DNA from: Desulfatiglandales bacterium
GTDB taxonomy: Bacteria; Desulfobacterota; DSM-4660; Desulfatiglandales; Desulfatiglandaceae
Reading direction: 5' to 3'
Length of the DNA stretch: 64,000 nt
Assembly: GCA_963662465.1 (NCBI GenBank)
Contig: OY759599.1
Location: 3,328,001 to 3,392,000 of the forward strand
Shown one piece after another: positions 9,768 through 20,954 of the stretch. Both the position numbers and the translations under genes were made by a program. How positions within the stretch are numbered: the stretch's first letter is position 1; every line of letters begins with the position of its first letter. The notes below the pieces were generated by a model. It saw only the letters and a program-made list of their open reading frames with translations. It ran no database searches and had not been told where the DNA came from.

Positions 9768-11626
9768 ATGACGGTGGCCGTTCTGGCGACTGGTGCACCT
9801 TTGGACGGAACAAACTGGTGGAAATCCATAAACTGGAAAACCGCCGGGGAGCATGTTAGAAGACTGCAGGTGCGTATCGCAAAGGCTGTGAAGGAAAAGC
9901 GATGGGGAAAAGTCAAGGTGATACAGTGGCTTTTGACTCATTCGTTTTATGCCAAGTTGTTGGCTATCAAGCGCGTTACTTCCAACCGGGGTAAACGCAC
10001 ACCGGGAGTGGATAAAGTCATATGGTCCACCCACATTGACAAAATGCAAGCGGTAAACGACCTGCGCCGAAGAGCCTACCGACCCAAACCGCTGCGCCGA
10101 ATTTACATACCCAAGAAAAACGGCAAGAAACGCCCATTGGGCATTCCCACAATGAAGGACAGAGCCATGCAGGCATTGTACAAATTGGCGCTTGATCCGG
10201 TGGCGGAAACCACCGCCGATCCGAACTCTTACGGGTTCAGACCCTATCGGGGATGTGCAGATGCCATCGGTCAGTGTTTTATTTCTCTGGCCAAGCGCTA
10301 CTCACCCGTATGGATTCTGGAGGGAGATATAAAGGCCTGTTTTGATGAAATCAGCCATCAGTGGATACTCGAAAATATCCCGATGGATAAACGGACGCTT
10401 CAGAAATGGCTGAAAGCCGGGTATGTAGAAGGAGGCAAGCTCTATCCGACATACAGAGGAACCCCGCAAGGCGGCTTATGCAAAGCTTTGCATAACCCGC
10501 CTTATGCCAAGTTGCCGATTATGCAAAGTAAACCGCTAAAGCTACCAGATTTCCAACACGTTCACTGAGTTTACTTTGCATAATATCACGGGTACCTCAA
10601 ACTTGAAATCCAATTAAACGATGCAGCATCCTTGGTTTATTTTGGATAAAATGATCTGGTTTTTTCCGACAAACGATTTTGTGAGCTTTTCGCTCAGTCA
10701 TCATTAGCAAAGATTATGCTAAGTAAATCAAAAAGAAACCCTTGAATTACAATGCGTTTTATGGCTTACTTTGCATAATTACTTTCTTTGCATAAGGCGG
10801 GATTATCTCTCCAACATTGGCTAATATGGTCCTGGATGGTCTGGAAGCGGCAGCCAAAAGCACCGCCCCGATAAGAATTCAGGGAAATATACGGTCCAAG
10901 ATAAACGTAATCCGCTACGCTGATGATTTTATCATCACCGGGAATTCCAGAGAGATGCTAAATGAGATCAAGCTGGAAATTGAAGCATTTATGGAGCGAA
11001 GAGGTCTTTCGCTTTCAGCGGAAAAGACGTTGATCACAAGGATAGAAGAAGGATTTGATTTTCTCGGACAAAGTTCACGCAAATACGGAGGAAAACTTTT
11101 GATAAAGCCCTCTCGCAAAAACGTGAAAGCCTTTTTAGGCAATATCCGGAAAACAATCCGAAAGCATGCGGCATCAAGAGCCGACATTCTGATTAAAGTA
11201 CTCAATCCCAAAATCAGGGGGTGGGCCAATTACCACAGGCATGTGGTTTCCGGTAGAACTTTCGGGCTTGTAGATCACCGTATCTACAGCTATATTTGGC
11301 AATGGATGAGGAGGAAACATTCGGGCAAGAGTAAGAGTTGGCTGGTGGATAAATACTGGTCAAAAGGATCTCGCCCGTGGTCCTTTTCAGCGGTGATCAA
11401 GGACGGCTATGCGAAATCCGCCAGAATTGAACTTGAGAAGGCTTACGACGTCAAGATAAAACGCCATGTCAAAATTCGAGGGGATGCGAACCCCTTCAAT
11501 CCGAAATATGAACAATATTTCAGGAAACGATATGCCCAACGCAGTCAGCAGAAGGCAGACAGGCGTAAAGAGCATAAAACGTCACAACCGGGTAGCCCCG
11601 AAAGGGCTTGCCTTTGGAATGCTTGA
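9768..11626 (+). pseudogene. ltrA: Intron RT split by insertion at PQGG
   Basis: Two ORF halves, 9768-10568 and 10817-11626. Confidence 0.92.
10476..10795. mobile_element. Miniature non-coding element, variant 1 (RIT-like ends)
   Basis: GGCGGC|20-bp palindrome|CCCGCC|body with TTATGC(A/C)AAG inverted ends|GGCGGG; absent from copies 1-2. Confidence 0.88.
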
Positions 11627-11761
11627 GCCGTGTGCGTTTAACGGCGCACGCACGGTTCTTAGAGGGCTGGGGGATGGCAACATCCCCTGGCTACTCGACC
11701 AGACCCGCTGGACAGCGGGGGAACTTAACGTCGAAAATTGGTAGAAATAGGTAAAATCGCA

Positions 11762-12937
11762 GTGGAAACGACGATTCAGGGCATCTTTCTTCTTGGCTAT
11801 GCCCTCTATAATCAGACGCATTGTCTTCCGGAACATATTCGTGAGGCGGCTCATCGTCTGATGTCCTGCCGCACGTCCATTCTGGGGAGGCACGTCCAGG
11901 CATGTCCGGATGGTCACTTCCAGAGGGTCTGGTATAACTCGTGTAAACACCGTATGTGCCCACTCTGCGCCTTCACCCAGGTTGAGCGGTGGCTGGCAAA
12001 ACAAAAGGCCCGACTCCTGAGTGCCGAGCATTTCCACGTTATTTTCACCATCTCCGATGAATTGCATGACTTATGGCGGCTGAACCGTAAAGTCATGGCC
12101 AATCTGCTGTTCAAAAGCACGACCGAGACCCTTTCCGAACTCCTTGGAGACCCGAAGCATTTGGGGGCCAAAGTCGGCATCATTGCCTCGTTGCATACCT
12201 GGAGCCGAAAATTGGATTTTCATCCCCATTTGCATTGTTTGGTGACGGCCGGTGGTCTGTCCGCCGGCGAGTGGATTGCTTCATCAAAAACGTTTCTTCT
12301 GCCGTTTGGCATTGTCCGGGCGGTTTTTCGAGGAAAATATCTCCACTATTTGAGAAAAGCCCTTGCCCGTGAAGAACTGATTCTGCCCGAAGGCATGGGA
12401 CCGCAGCAGGCGCGAAACCTGTTTAATAAGTTGGGGCGCCGTAAGAAGTGGAACGTTAAACTCAAGGAGACCTATTCATACGGAGAAGGGGTCTTAATTT
12501 ACCTGGCCCGGTATCTGAGAGGCGGACCGATCTCAAATAAACGCATCTTCCGCATTGAAAACGGAAACGTCACCTTCAATTACGGTCGTGAGCGGATAAG
12601 ACTCATTACTTTGCCGATTCAAACCTTTATCGGCCGCTACCTGCAACACGTTCCCCTGGCGAATTCCATGATGGTGCGTTCATACGGCCTTTACCATCAC
12701 AACGCAAAAAAAGAACTGGCACGCTGCCGGGAAATACTGGGACAACCGGCACTTGAAGATACGGAATTTCTGGACTGGCAGAGTCTGTGGCAGCAGCGAA
12801 GCGACGAGCAACCGGATTGTTGCCCAGTTTGCGGGAAACGTCTTATTACGTTGAAAATAGTTGCACCGGTAAGAAAGTCAAAAAGTCTTCCGAGGTTCAA
12901 TAAGGACCCGGATACGGTATATGCACAGGCAGCGTAA
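11762..12937 (+). CDS. IS91-family (Y2 HUH) transposase with N-terminal Zn-binding domain
   Basis: CRT..LG, NSCKHRMCPLC, HVIFTI, LHTW, HPHLH, YLARY; GTG start by analogy with the second copy. Confidence 0.9.
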   Translation: METTIQGIFLLGYALYNQTHCLPEHIREAAHRLMSCRTSILGRHVQACPDGHFQRVWYNSCKHRMCPLCAFTQVERWLAKQKARLLSAEHFHVIFTISDELHDLWRLNRKVMANLLFKSTTETLSELLGDPKHLGAKVGIIASLHTWSRKLDFHPHLHCLVTAGGLSAGEWIASSKTFLLPFGIVRAVFRGKYLHYLRKALAREELILPEGMGPQQARNLFNKLGRRKKWNVKLKETYSYGEGVLIYLARYLRGGPISNKRIFRIENGNVTFNYGRERIRLITLPIQTFIGRYLQHVPLANSMMVRSYGLYHHNAKKELARCREILGQPALEDTEFLDWQSLWQQRSDEQPDCCPVCGKRLITLKIVAPVRKSKSLPRFNKDPDTVYAQAA

Positions 12938-13178
12938 AACGATAATAAACATGAGCATATTCAAAAAGGCACTTGAATGGCGAGACGTTTGGTAAAGGGA
13001 TAAATAACGCGATATTTCAGGGTTTTTGACGGATCATGCAATTGAAAGCAGGAATTTTATCATCCTTAACCGGCCATGACGGGTTAAAAAAAGGTCACGC
13101 GACAGCTGAGAAGCTCCCTCAATCTCCATAGCCGATCTCCTGCTTCCGGCAAAGTATGTGCTGATGACCCGCAGCTCT

Positions 13179-13309
13179 GTCCAACACCCCGTTGAACTGG
13201 AAAACTGGTATTGGGAGATAAACCGAAATGCGTTGGTTCCTACGAAGTCACCAGCTGGAATGATAATATATTTTTTTGAACCCGTTTTCCAGTTAACTAA
13301 ACGATGGTT
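13179..13309 (+). other. attC site of IS91-like cassette, R' reads GAT
   Basis: GTCCAAC-acccc-GTTGAACTGGAAAAC...GTTTTCCAGTTAAC-taaac-GATGGTT. Confidence 0.75.
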
Positions 13310-13557
13310 GCAGTGGAAACACGCCGTGCTATTCAAATCTACAAAATGCTATAAATGCAGTTGAAAGTGGTGGAACGATCAGGGTAGGTAGGGGCTCTTT
13401 TACTGAGCCATACACCCTAAACAATCAAAAATCCATAAACGTGTATGGCGGATGGAATGAGACCTTTTCAATTCAAAGCCCGAATACAACTTTCCTGGTA
13501 ACGCCAAGAGTATCCAACGGTGGATTGAAGTTCGGGTGCGTCACCTTTAAACCGTAA
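13303..13557 (+). pseudogene. Start-less 3' gene fragment (84 codons)
   Basis: Open frame DGCSGNTPCYSNLQNAINAVESGGTIRV...VYGGWNETF...FKP* begins exactly at the attC crossover position. Confidence 0.55.
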
Positions 13558-13650
13558 GGCTTTTTAGTTGCCGTCGTCTAAAGACGACTTTCGGCCATTA
13601 CATGTAGTTCGTTTGGGCAAAATGAGAAGATTTTGGGAATGTAAATTATA

Positions 13651-13887
13651 ATGAGTGAATTCGAGGTCATTGGAGAGATAGGTGCCGTCGAGTTGATCGC
13701 TAGAGGCCCTGGTATCCGCGACATAACCCGATTGAACCGTCAATACGGAAAGGGGAAATGGAGAAAACTTAAGGGATACGCCCCTGTTCGTTTAAGAACA
13801 GGCCGCGTCCGAATGGCTGAGCTTCATTGGTATGAGGCCCATGGAATTGGCAAAAGAGAAATGAAACGAAAGCGGTATGTGGAATAA
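13651..13887 (+). CDS. Small basic hypothetical protein, putative TA toxin
   Basis: 78 aa, WRKLKG and ELHWYEAHGIG motifs, paired with a small acidic ORF. Confidence 0.7.
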   Translation: MSEFEVIGEIGAVELIARGPGIRDITRLNRQYGKGKWRKLKGYAPVRLRTGRVRMAELHWYEAHGIGKREMKRKRYVE

Positions 13888-13889
13888 TC

Positions 13890-14126
13890 ATGAAAGAATC
13901 CTTCGAAAAACAATATATATATGTCGTGTGTATCGATAACACCGACTATCCGACATCCCTAGAGCGGCACAAGATCTACAAAGTTGTTCCAGACGAGGAT
14001 GCAGCGGCAGATGGCGACATTAGAGTCATTGATGAAAGCGGAGAAGATTACCTCTACTCGTCAGAGAGGTTCGTTCCAATCCGTGTACCTGCTGCTGTAA
14101 GGAAATCGCTGGAGATGCTTGCTTAG
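13890..14126 (+). CDS. Small acidic hypothetical protein, putative TA partner
   Basis: 78 aa, RVIDESGEDYLY motif, 2 bp after the upstream ORF. Confidence 0.7.
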   Translation: MKESFEKQYIYVVCIDNTDYPTSLERHKIYKVVPDEDAAADGDIRVIDESGEDYLYSSERFVPIRVPAAVRKSLEMLA

Positions 14127-14732
14127 AGAAAGGCCGGGCTTGCTAATTTGGCCGATCAGGTGCGCCAATGCTAAGTTCAGGTTTTCGCACTGGGGTAGCT
14201 TTGGCGTGGATTATCCGGTTCTATGCCTTTGTTACGTCTGTATGCGTAGGGATTCGAATGTACAAAGGAATAAGTCGTCATGTTTTATGAAAGTGAGGCC
14301 TAATTACTCCGTGATCCCGTGTAGTTAAAAACTTCGAGATCGGTTATGGGGATAGGGAGGAGCCTCACAGCTCCCCCCTCCCACACCACCGTACATACGG
14401 GTCCGTATACGGCGATTCGGCTGGTCAGAGCAGGCAAGGATAAAACAGGTTCCGCCCTACCGGGTTTTCCAGAATGCGACGTTATCGACCTTTCAGCTAC
14501 TGCTGCATTAGACCAATAAGTACACGTTCTTTGACAACCACAACCATTTACCCCTGCCATTCGGCAGGTGGCACCGTTCGGGCCTTCACCGGAGTGAGGC
14601 CTCCCTTTATTCAGGGCTCGTTTCTCCGGCTTAATATGCCCTCTGCTGACTCCCGTTACGCGGTGGGCTCCCCTTTCGGTTCGCTCACTCGTAGTTTCCG
14701 CAATCTGTCGAGTCCATTTGTTTGTGTTTCCC

Positions 14733-16738
14733 CGCATAAGTCTAAATGTTGTGGGGTTGTATAACCCATCAAAATTAAAAGGCGTTTTCGGTAAACAAGA
14801 ATGCATTATGAACCTTCATAACTTGAATCCAAGGTAAGTCAAATGTTTGGCCGTTGGCTAATTCAAAGGGACTTTTATGAGCATTTTTTGCGCCAGGTAA
14901 AAATGGGACAAAATTCCTGATAGTCGCATGTGCTCGAAAGAAAAGACTTGCCCATTTCTTATCTCGAAAACTCTCAATTTGTTTTAGTTTACGTTTGATT
15001 CCTTTTAAATAATTGTCAACAATGGAGGTTGTTTGTTTTATCCCATTTCTATTTTTATGAGAGGTATAATGAGTGGCATTTTCTTTTAATTCTACTACCC
15101 TCTTTTTTAGTAATGGATGAGAAAATGCATCGTCATCTAATGCCTTAATCTTTACTTCCAAGTTAACTTTAGATGTGGATGTTTTCAAAACTTTCTTAAA
15201 TTTTTTATAAAGCTTGTCCACTTCTTGGTCGGTACATTTTGATTCTTTTTGATATTTTGATAGTGCATCGTAGAAGTTTTTCAAACAATGACGATGGCAA
15301 TATCCGACCCAAATGTTATGGAATACGGTCTTGATAGCATTGGTTGAGGCTTTCCACTTATCTTTTGTTACACCAAGGATTTTGAAGTCGATTTTTTGCA
15401 AAAAATCCTCAAATGAACCGCACAGGTTTTCTTCATCAACATGATCAACATAATCGGAGTGCCATACTAATAAATTTTCAGGATCGACCATAACTACAGA
15501 ATAAGTTCTTAAATTTGGTTCTTTTTCAAAGCCCTCATCTTCCTGTAGATATCCTGAGCCTTTCACTCCTGCTCTTGTTAGTATTGTTGCAGGATGAAGT
15601 GTTCCTGCCCATCGATTCCAGTTCAAGATGGTCTGTTTGCTTTTGACACTTTTTTTGCCAATAATTTTAAGGCTTTCGATGGCTCCTTGAATGCTCGCAT
15701 TAAAACGGTACATATTCCGAAATACGTGCCCAATAATCTCTATACCAAAATTCTTTTCCCTTGGGAGAAAGCTGGGAACAAGAGAGAACTTTTGTTTGCA
15801 CTTCCGGCATTGTATCATGCGGATTGGGAATGTCTGTTGTTCTCCTCCATTCATTATTGTTTTTCGAGGATTCCCGCGGAAACCAGATAAAATATATTCT
15901 TTAGGTCCAGAACATGTTGAATTATGGCCTGTGTGGTGATCATATTTATCGAGTTTATCTAATACTTCAATGCGAAACTTCTTACTATCTTTTACGAGAG
16001 CATGATAGCTTTCGGTGTTATTATAAGGAAAGATATATGTTTGATTTCCTCGTTTAGAAACAAGGTCTTCCATTTTCTTTTTTACATTTTCGATTATGGA
16101 TTTATCAAAAGATTTTAACATCCCTATCTCAAATGCAATACTGATTGTACTATCACGACTTTTTACATTATTCAATTTTTTAGTAATATTACTTATCATT
16201 GAACGAATTGAATAAAAGATTCTAATTTTCTGTCGATCCCGTTGTGTTTTTGGAATGCTTTTTTTCCCTTTTATTGGCTTACAAATATCCCATAATTGAC
16301 TTATTAACCTACCAAGTTCATCAATAAGAGCAGACAATGTTACATAAAAATATTGCAATGATTGAAACATCTCCCTTTCATTGATCCATGATCTGATGGC
16401 ATTAATGCATTTCTCAATTTCAAAGAAAATCTCAGGATACTGTTTTGGATCGTAATAACATTGTCTTGCAAGTCTGTTTTGAGCTTTGTCCAACATTGTC
16501 AAAGCTCTCTTAATATTATTAATCATGTGCAACCTCTCTAATTTAACATAGACTGTTGCACTATGATTATGCACACTTATCAAAAAAAGTCCCTAACTTT
16601 TTTCCGCTAAGGCGAATTCAGGAAAAAATGTTTGGCCTCACGAAATGCGCTTTGATTAGGATATTGATTCTGAACCGTTTAACAGATGAAATAATTTCAA
16701 TATGTTAGAGTAAACCCCACAACATTTAGACTTATGCG
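14733..16738 (-). mobile_element. Insertion sequence, IS256/ISH6 (Mutator-like) superfamily
   Basis: Perfect 26-bp TIR CGCATAAGTCTAAATGTTGTGGGGTT; 8-bp TSD TGTTTCCC (14725-14732, 16739-16746); empty site visible in intron copy 24351-25176. Confidence 0.9.
14775..16583 (-). CDS. Putative transposase (602 aa)
   Basis: Only long ORF between the TIRs; QEDEG, TKD, CHRH (CxxH) and TTSIVDN motifs; start codon uncertain. Confidence 0.8.
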   Translation of the reverse strand: MISVHNHSATVYVKLERLHMINNIKRALTMLDKAQNRLARQCYYDPKQYPEIFFEIEKCINAIRSWINEREMFQSLQYFYVTLSALIDELGRLISQLWDICKPIKGKKSIPKTQRDRQKIRIFYSIRSMISNITKKLNNVKSRDSTISIAFEIGMLKSFDKSIIENVKKKMEDLVSKRGNQTYIFPYNNTESYHALVKDSKKFRIEVLDKLDKYDHHTGHNSTCSGPKEYILSGFRGNPRKTIMNGGEQQTFPIRMIQCRKCKQKFSLVPSFLPREKNFGIEIIGHVFRNMYRFNASIQGAIESLKIIGKKSVKSKQTILNWNRWAGTLHPATILTRAGVKGSGYLQEDEGFEKEPNLRTYSVVMVDPENLLVWHSDYVDHVDEENLCGSFEDFLQKIDFKILGVTKDKWKASTNAIKTVFHNIWVGYCHRHCLKNFYDALSKYQKESKCTDQEVDKLYKKFKKVLKTSTSKVNLEVKIKALDDDAFSHPLLKKRVVELKENATHYTSHKNRNGIKQTTSIVDNYLKGIKRKLKQIESFRDKKWASLFFRAHATIRNFVPFLPGAKNAHKSPFELANGQTFDLPWIQVMKVHNAFLFTENAF

Positions 16739-17186
16739 TGTTTCCCGACCAATAGGCCGGGCTCGTCAGGGCTATGACTCGAAATGTTCCTGACGCCAGG
16801 GTTTTGTTTTACCGGTTTTCCCTTATATTCCGGTAGATTTCAGTTGCAGTTCCCTACGAGACGCAACGGGCCTCCCGGGGTAAACACGTGTCTTTCCGCA
16901 CACGAGCGCCGACAACGTGCCTGGCCTATAGTAGTTAGAGGACTTTGTTCTGTGTTGCGGACTCGTCCCACCAGACCCGCCTCACTCGATTTCTGTTCGT
17001 CGCCCCGTGCGTTTGCGGTGCCCTGCCGCAGCAAGGCCACTGCCTCTCCAGGCCCGTTACCGGGTACCCGGTTGTGATACCGCTACACCCTTCGCCACTA
17101 CCTGGCTGGGTCTGGGACTTGCGTAAAATATCGGAAGCATGGTACATTGCGCGCACCCTTAAGAACACGTGCCGTGCCCGGCACAC

Positions 17187-17270
17187 AACCAAACGCTCCA
17201 CCAGACGCCTGACAGTCCTGCGGTCCTGGCAGGGGCCGAAGGAGGAGGCGCTGGTGAGCTTGTCGTTGGC
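17187..17270 (+). other. attC site flanked by introns at both ends
   Basis: (GGTT 14342-14345)|AAC-caaac-GCTCCACCAGACGCC...GGCGCTGGTGAGC-ttgtc-GTTGGC. Confidence 0.9.
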
Positions 17271-17903
17271 ATGCGACGTGATGTCGCGTAAGTAGCTGTT
17301 TTATATATTGATATAAACCATATAACAAAACCCTGTTTTCTGCAACAGGCATTCTACCGGGACATGCGTCCGGAGTAATCCGGGGGTGTGAAGCTCTCGG
17401 GACAATGAAGCCCGCGGAATTTTCCGGAAGAGGGAACCGTGAGGGGACCTCAACTCTGCAAGCATCATGCGGTGAGGGAGCTAGAATTGAGCAGTACGGT
17501 TAACACATGTGAATCGCTGCAGCGTCGTCACGAGAACAAGCCTAAGATGCTGAAAGGCTTGGACCAAAAGGTACGTGGCCAGGAACGGAGGCTGCGAACT
17601 CCTCCGTCGCAGATGTCGTGCCACCGGCGTAGGGGCGGAACCTAACCTGCTCGGGTACTTACGCGGAACATGGTAAGCCCGTAACCCTCCCCACGGGGAA
17701 AGCGAACCGCAAGGTGAGCCCATGGGGTTGCGGGTAAAGGATGTCAGAAAAAGCGAATGCCTCGTTGTAATGATGGGGATACGGATTGATGGTAATCACC
17801 GACATGATCCGGCTCGAAAGAGAGCAGACTTCTGACCGGTGTTCCATTGCGAGATAATCTGTAGAATCTTCAAACAGGGGAAAGCAGCCAGTGAAACGGG
17901 CGA

Positions 17904-19761
17904 ATGACGGTGGCCGTTTTGGCGACTGGTGCACCTTTGGACGGAACAAACTGGTGGAAATCCATAAACTGGAAAACCGCCGGGGAGCATGTTAGAAGAC
18001 TGCAGGTGCGTATCGCAAAGGCTGTGAAGGAAAAGCGATGGGGAAAAGTCAAGGTGATACAGTGGCTTTTGACTCATTCGTTTTATGCCAAGTTGTTGGC
18101 TATCAAGCGCGTTACTTCCAACCGGGGTAAACGCACACCGGGAGTGGATAAAGTCATATGGTCCACCCACATTGACAAAATGCAAGCGGTAAACGACCTG
18201 CGCCGAAGAGCCTACCGACCCAAACCGCTGCGCCGAATTTACATACCCAAGAAAAACGGCAAGAAACGCCCATTGGGCATTCCCACAATGAAGGACAGAG
18301 CCATGCAGGCATTGTACAAATTGGCGCTTGATCCGGTGGCGGAAACCACCGCCGATCCGAACTCTTACGGGTTCAGACCCTATCGGGGATGTGCGGATGC
18401 CATCGGTCAGTGTTTTATTTCTCTGGCCAAGCGCTACTCACCCGTATCGATTCTGGAGGGAGATATAAAGGCCTGTTTTGATGAAATCAGCCATCAATGG
18501 ATGCTCGAAAATATCCCGATGGATAAACGGACGCTTCAGAAATGGCTGAAAGCCGGGTATGTAGAAGGAGGCAAGCTCTATCCGACATACAGAGGAACCC
18601 CGCAAAGCGGGTTATGCAAAGCTTTGCATAACCCGCCTTATGCAAAGAAAGTAATTATGCAAAGTAAACCGTAAAAGCCATAATAATTCAAGAGATTCTT
18701 GTTGATTTGCTTAGCATAATCTCCACTTATGGTGAATGAGAAAAAGTTCAAAAAATCATTAGACAAAACAAAGGAGCTATTTTTATCCAAAACAAACGAA
18801 GAATGCTGCATCATTTACTTGGCTTTCAAGTCTGAAGTAGTCGTGATATTATGCAAAGTAAATTCAGTGCATATGCTTGAAATATTGCACCTTAACTGAT
18901 TTACTTTGCATAATCGTTAACTTTGCATAAGGCGGGATTATCTCTCCAACATTGGCTAATATGGTCCTGGATGGTCTGGAAGCGGCAGCCAAAAGCACCG
19001 CCCCGATAAGAATTCAGGGAAATATACGATCCAAAATAAACGTAATCCGCTACGCTGATGATTTTATCATCACCGGGAATTCCAGAGAGATGCTAAATGA
19101 GATCAAGCTGGAAATTGAAGCATTTATGGAGCGAAGAGGTCTTTCGCTTTCAGCGGAAAAGACGTTGATCACAAGGATAGAAGAAGGATTTGATTTTCTC
19201 GGACAAAGTTCACGCAAATACGGAGGAAAACTTTTGATAAAGCCCTCTCGCAAAAACGTGAAAGCCTTTTTAGGCAATATCCGGAAAACAATCCGAAAGC
19301 ATGCGGCATCAAGAGCCGACATTCTGATTAAAGTACTCAATCCCAAAATCAGGGGGTGGGCCAATTACCACAGGCATGTGGTTTCCGGTAGAACTTTCGG
19401 GCTTGTAGATCACCGTATCTACAGCTATATTTGGCAATGGATGAGGAGGAAACATTCGGGCAAGAGTAAGAGTTGGCTGGTGGATAAATACTGGTCAAAA
19501 GGATCTCGCCCGTGGTCCTTTTCAGCGGTGATCAAGGACGGCTATGCGAAATCCGCCAGAATTGAACTTGAGAAGGCTTACGACGTCAAGATAAAACGCC
19601 ATGTCAAAATTCGAGGGGATGCGAACCCCTTCGATCCGAAATATGAACAATATTTCAGGAAACGATATGCCCAACGCAGTCAGCAGAAGGCAGACAGGCG
19701 TAAAGAGCATAAAACGTCACAACCGGGTAGCCCCGAAAGGGCTTGCCTTTGGAATGCTTGA
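17904..19761 (+). pseudogene. ltrA: Intron RT split by insertion
   Basis: Halves 17904-18674 and 18952-19761. Confidence 0.92.
18612..18930. mobile_element. Miniature non-coding element, variant 2 (body inverted relative to variant 1)
   Basis: AGCGGG|palindrome|CCCGCC|body|GGCGGG. Confidence 0.88.
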
Positions 19762-19979
19762 GCCGTGTGCGTTTAACGGCGCACGCACGGTTCTTAGAGG
19801 GCTGGGGGATGGCAACATCCCCTGGCTACTCGACTTGATGAGCTTCTGCAAAGGAGAAGGAAGATGTTAAGCGTGTATTTGCCGGTAATTGGAAACATCA
19901 ATAAGAGGCCTCGTATCTCGGACTTCGCTTCAGCGCGTTAGCCACTTGAAAATCAGCCTGTAAAGGAGAATGCTTAGCT

Positions 19980-20225
19980 ATGCCAGTAGTCTTCAGGTAC
20001 AAGGGATATCGTTTTTTCTTTTTCTCAAATGAAGGAGATCCACCTGAACCGATTCACATACATGTGCGACGTGGTGAGGCTACAGCAAAGTTCTGGATGT
20101 CACCTCAGATCAGCCTTGCGGAATCATACAATATGAACTCTTCTGAACTCCGCGAACTCATGCGAGTGGCTGAAAAAAACAGGAAACTCATTGAAAGGTA
20201 TTGGGATGAACACTTTAGCATTTAA
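19980..20225 (+). CDS. DUF4160-family protein (TA-like)
   Basis: MPVVFRYKGYRFFFFSNE..EPIHIHV..AKFW. Confidence 0.85.
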   Translation: MPVVFRYKGYRFFFFSNEGDPPEPIHIHVRRGEATAKFWMSPQISLAESYNMNSSELRELMRVAEKNRKLIERYWDEHFSI

Positions 20226-20475
20226 ACCACGTGCCAAAAAAGTGACTTTTGACTCGGACAACATGTGGGTAGCACTCACCGATGGACGTCAGCTCGGTGT
20301 TCCTATTGCTTACTTCCCACGACTCCTCAATGCAACTGAAGCTCAAAGAGATGATTACATCATCAGCGGCGGAGGTAGTGGCCTGCATTGGGAGGAACTC
20401 GACGAGGACATTTCTGTTAAAGGCCTTTTATTGGGAATTGGTGATAGGACTCGACCTGACAGAAAGGCGGCATGA
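20206..20475 (+). CDS. DUF2442-family protein (TA-like partner)
   Basis: LTDGRQLGVPIAYFPRL..GLHWEELDEDISV. Confidence 0.85.
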   Translation: MNTLAFKPRAKKVTFDSDNMWVALTDGRQLGVPIAYFPRLLNATEAQRDDYIISGGGSGLHWEELDEDISVKGLLLGIGDRTRPDRKAA

Positions 20476-20494
20476 CTGCTTTCAGCCACTTCCT

Positions 20495-20624
20495 TGCTAA
20501 CAGTAACTACAGCAGACAGTCAGAGCGCTGGCGTAGTTGGCAGATAAGCGTGATTCGAAATTGAAATTGATCTTTTTATTCCAAGATGCGCGAGCACTGG
20601 TCGTTGCTCAATATGGCGTTAATC
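20495..20624 (+). other. attC site (degenerate)
   Basis: R'' TGCTAAC nearly complements the upstream R' GTTAGCC (19937-19943); imperfect arms; R' GTTAATC. Confidence 0.6.
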
Positions 20625-20869
20625 GCAACCCGTCATTAGCATTTTTGAAGGGGAAAGAAACTGTTCAGCGCTCATTCGCCGATAACGGGGATAACGAATA
20701 AGGAAGAAGATCATTTTTTAAAGGCGAGTTGTGCAATGTCCATTTATTTCTATCATATTCCGCTGAATGTGCCAATAGCCATCGAATGTGAAAAAAATAA
20801 GTGATATGCTTATAGCTAGGTCCAAGCTTTTTTGTCATATAATTCCGTGGGGTTAAGAAAATCTATGAG

Positions 20870-20954
20870 CGCCAACCAAACGCTCCAGCGGACCCCTGAA
20901 AGTCTGTCGGTTCTAGCGGGGACCGGTGGAGGGGCCGCTGAACTTGTCGTTCGC
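20870..20954 (+). other. attC site
   Basis: CGCCAAC-caaac-GCTCCAGCGGACCCC...GGGGCCGCTGAAC-ttgtc-GTTCGC. Confidence 0.88.

Larger units (their letters stand above)
9135..11699 (+). mobile_element. Group II intron family A copy 3 (RT interrupted)
   Basis: 5' ATGCG, near-identical to copy 2, ends CTACTCGAC. Confidence 0.92.
14346..17186 (-). mobile_element. ORF-less group IIC-attC intron copy 1 (carries an IS)
   Basis: Minus-strand 5' GTGTGCCGGGCACGGC; IIC-type domain V GAATCGCCGTATACGGACCCGTATGTACGGTGGTGTG; splits R'' GGTT|AAC; EBS1 AACC loop. Confidence 0.88.
17271..19834 (+). mobile_element. Group II intron family A copy 4 (RT interrupted)
   Basis: 5' ATGCG, ends CTACTCGAC. Confidence 0.92.
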
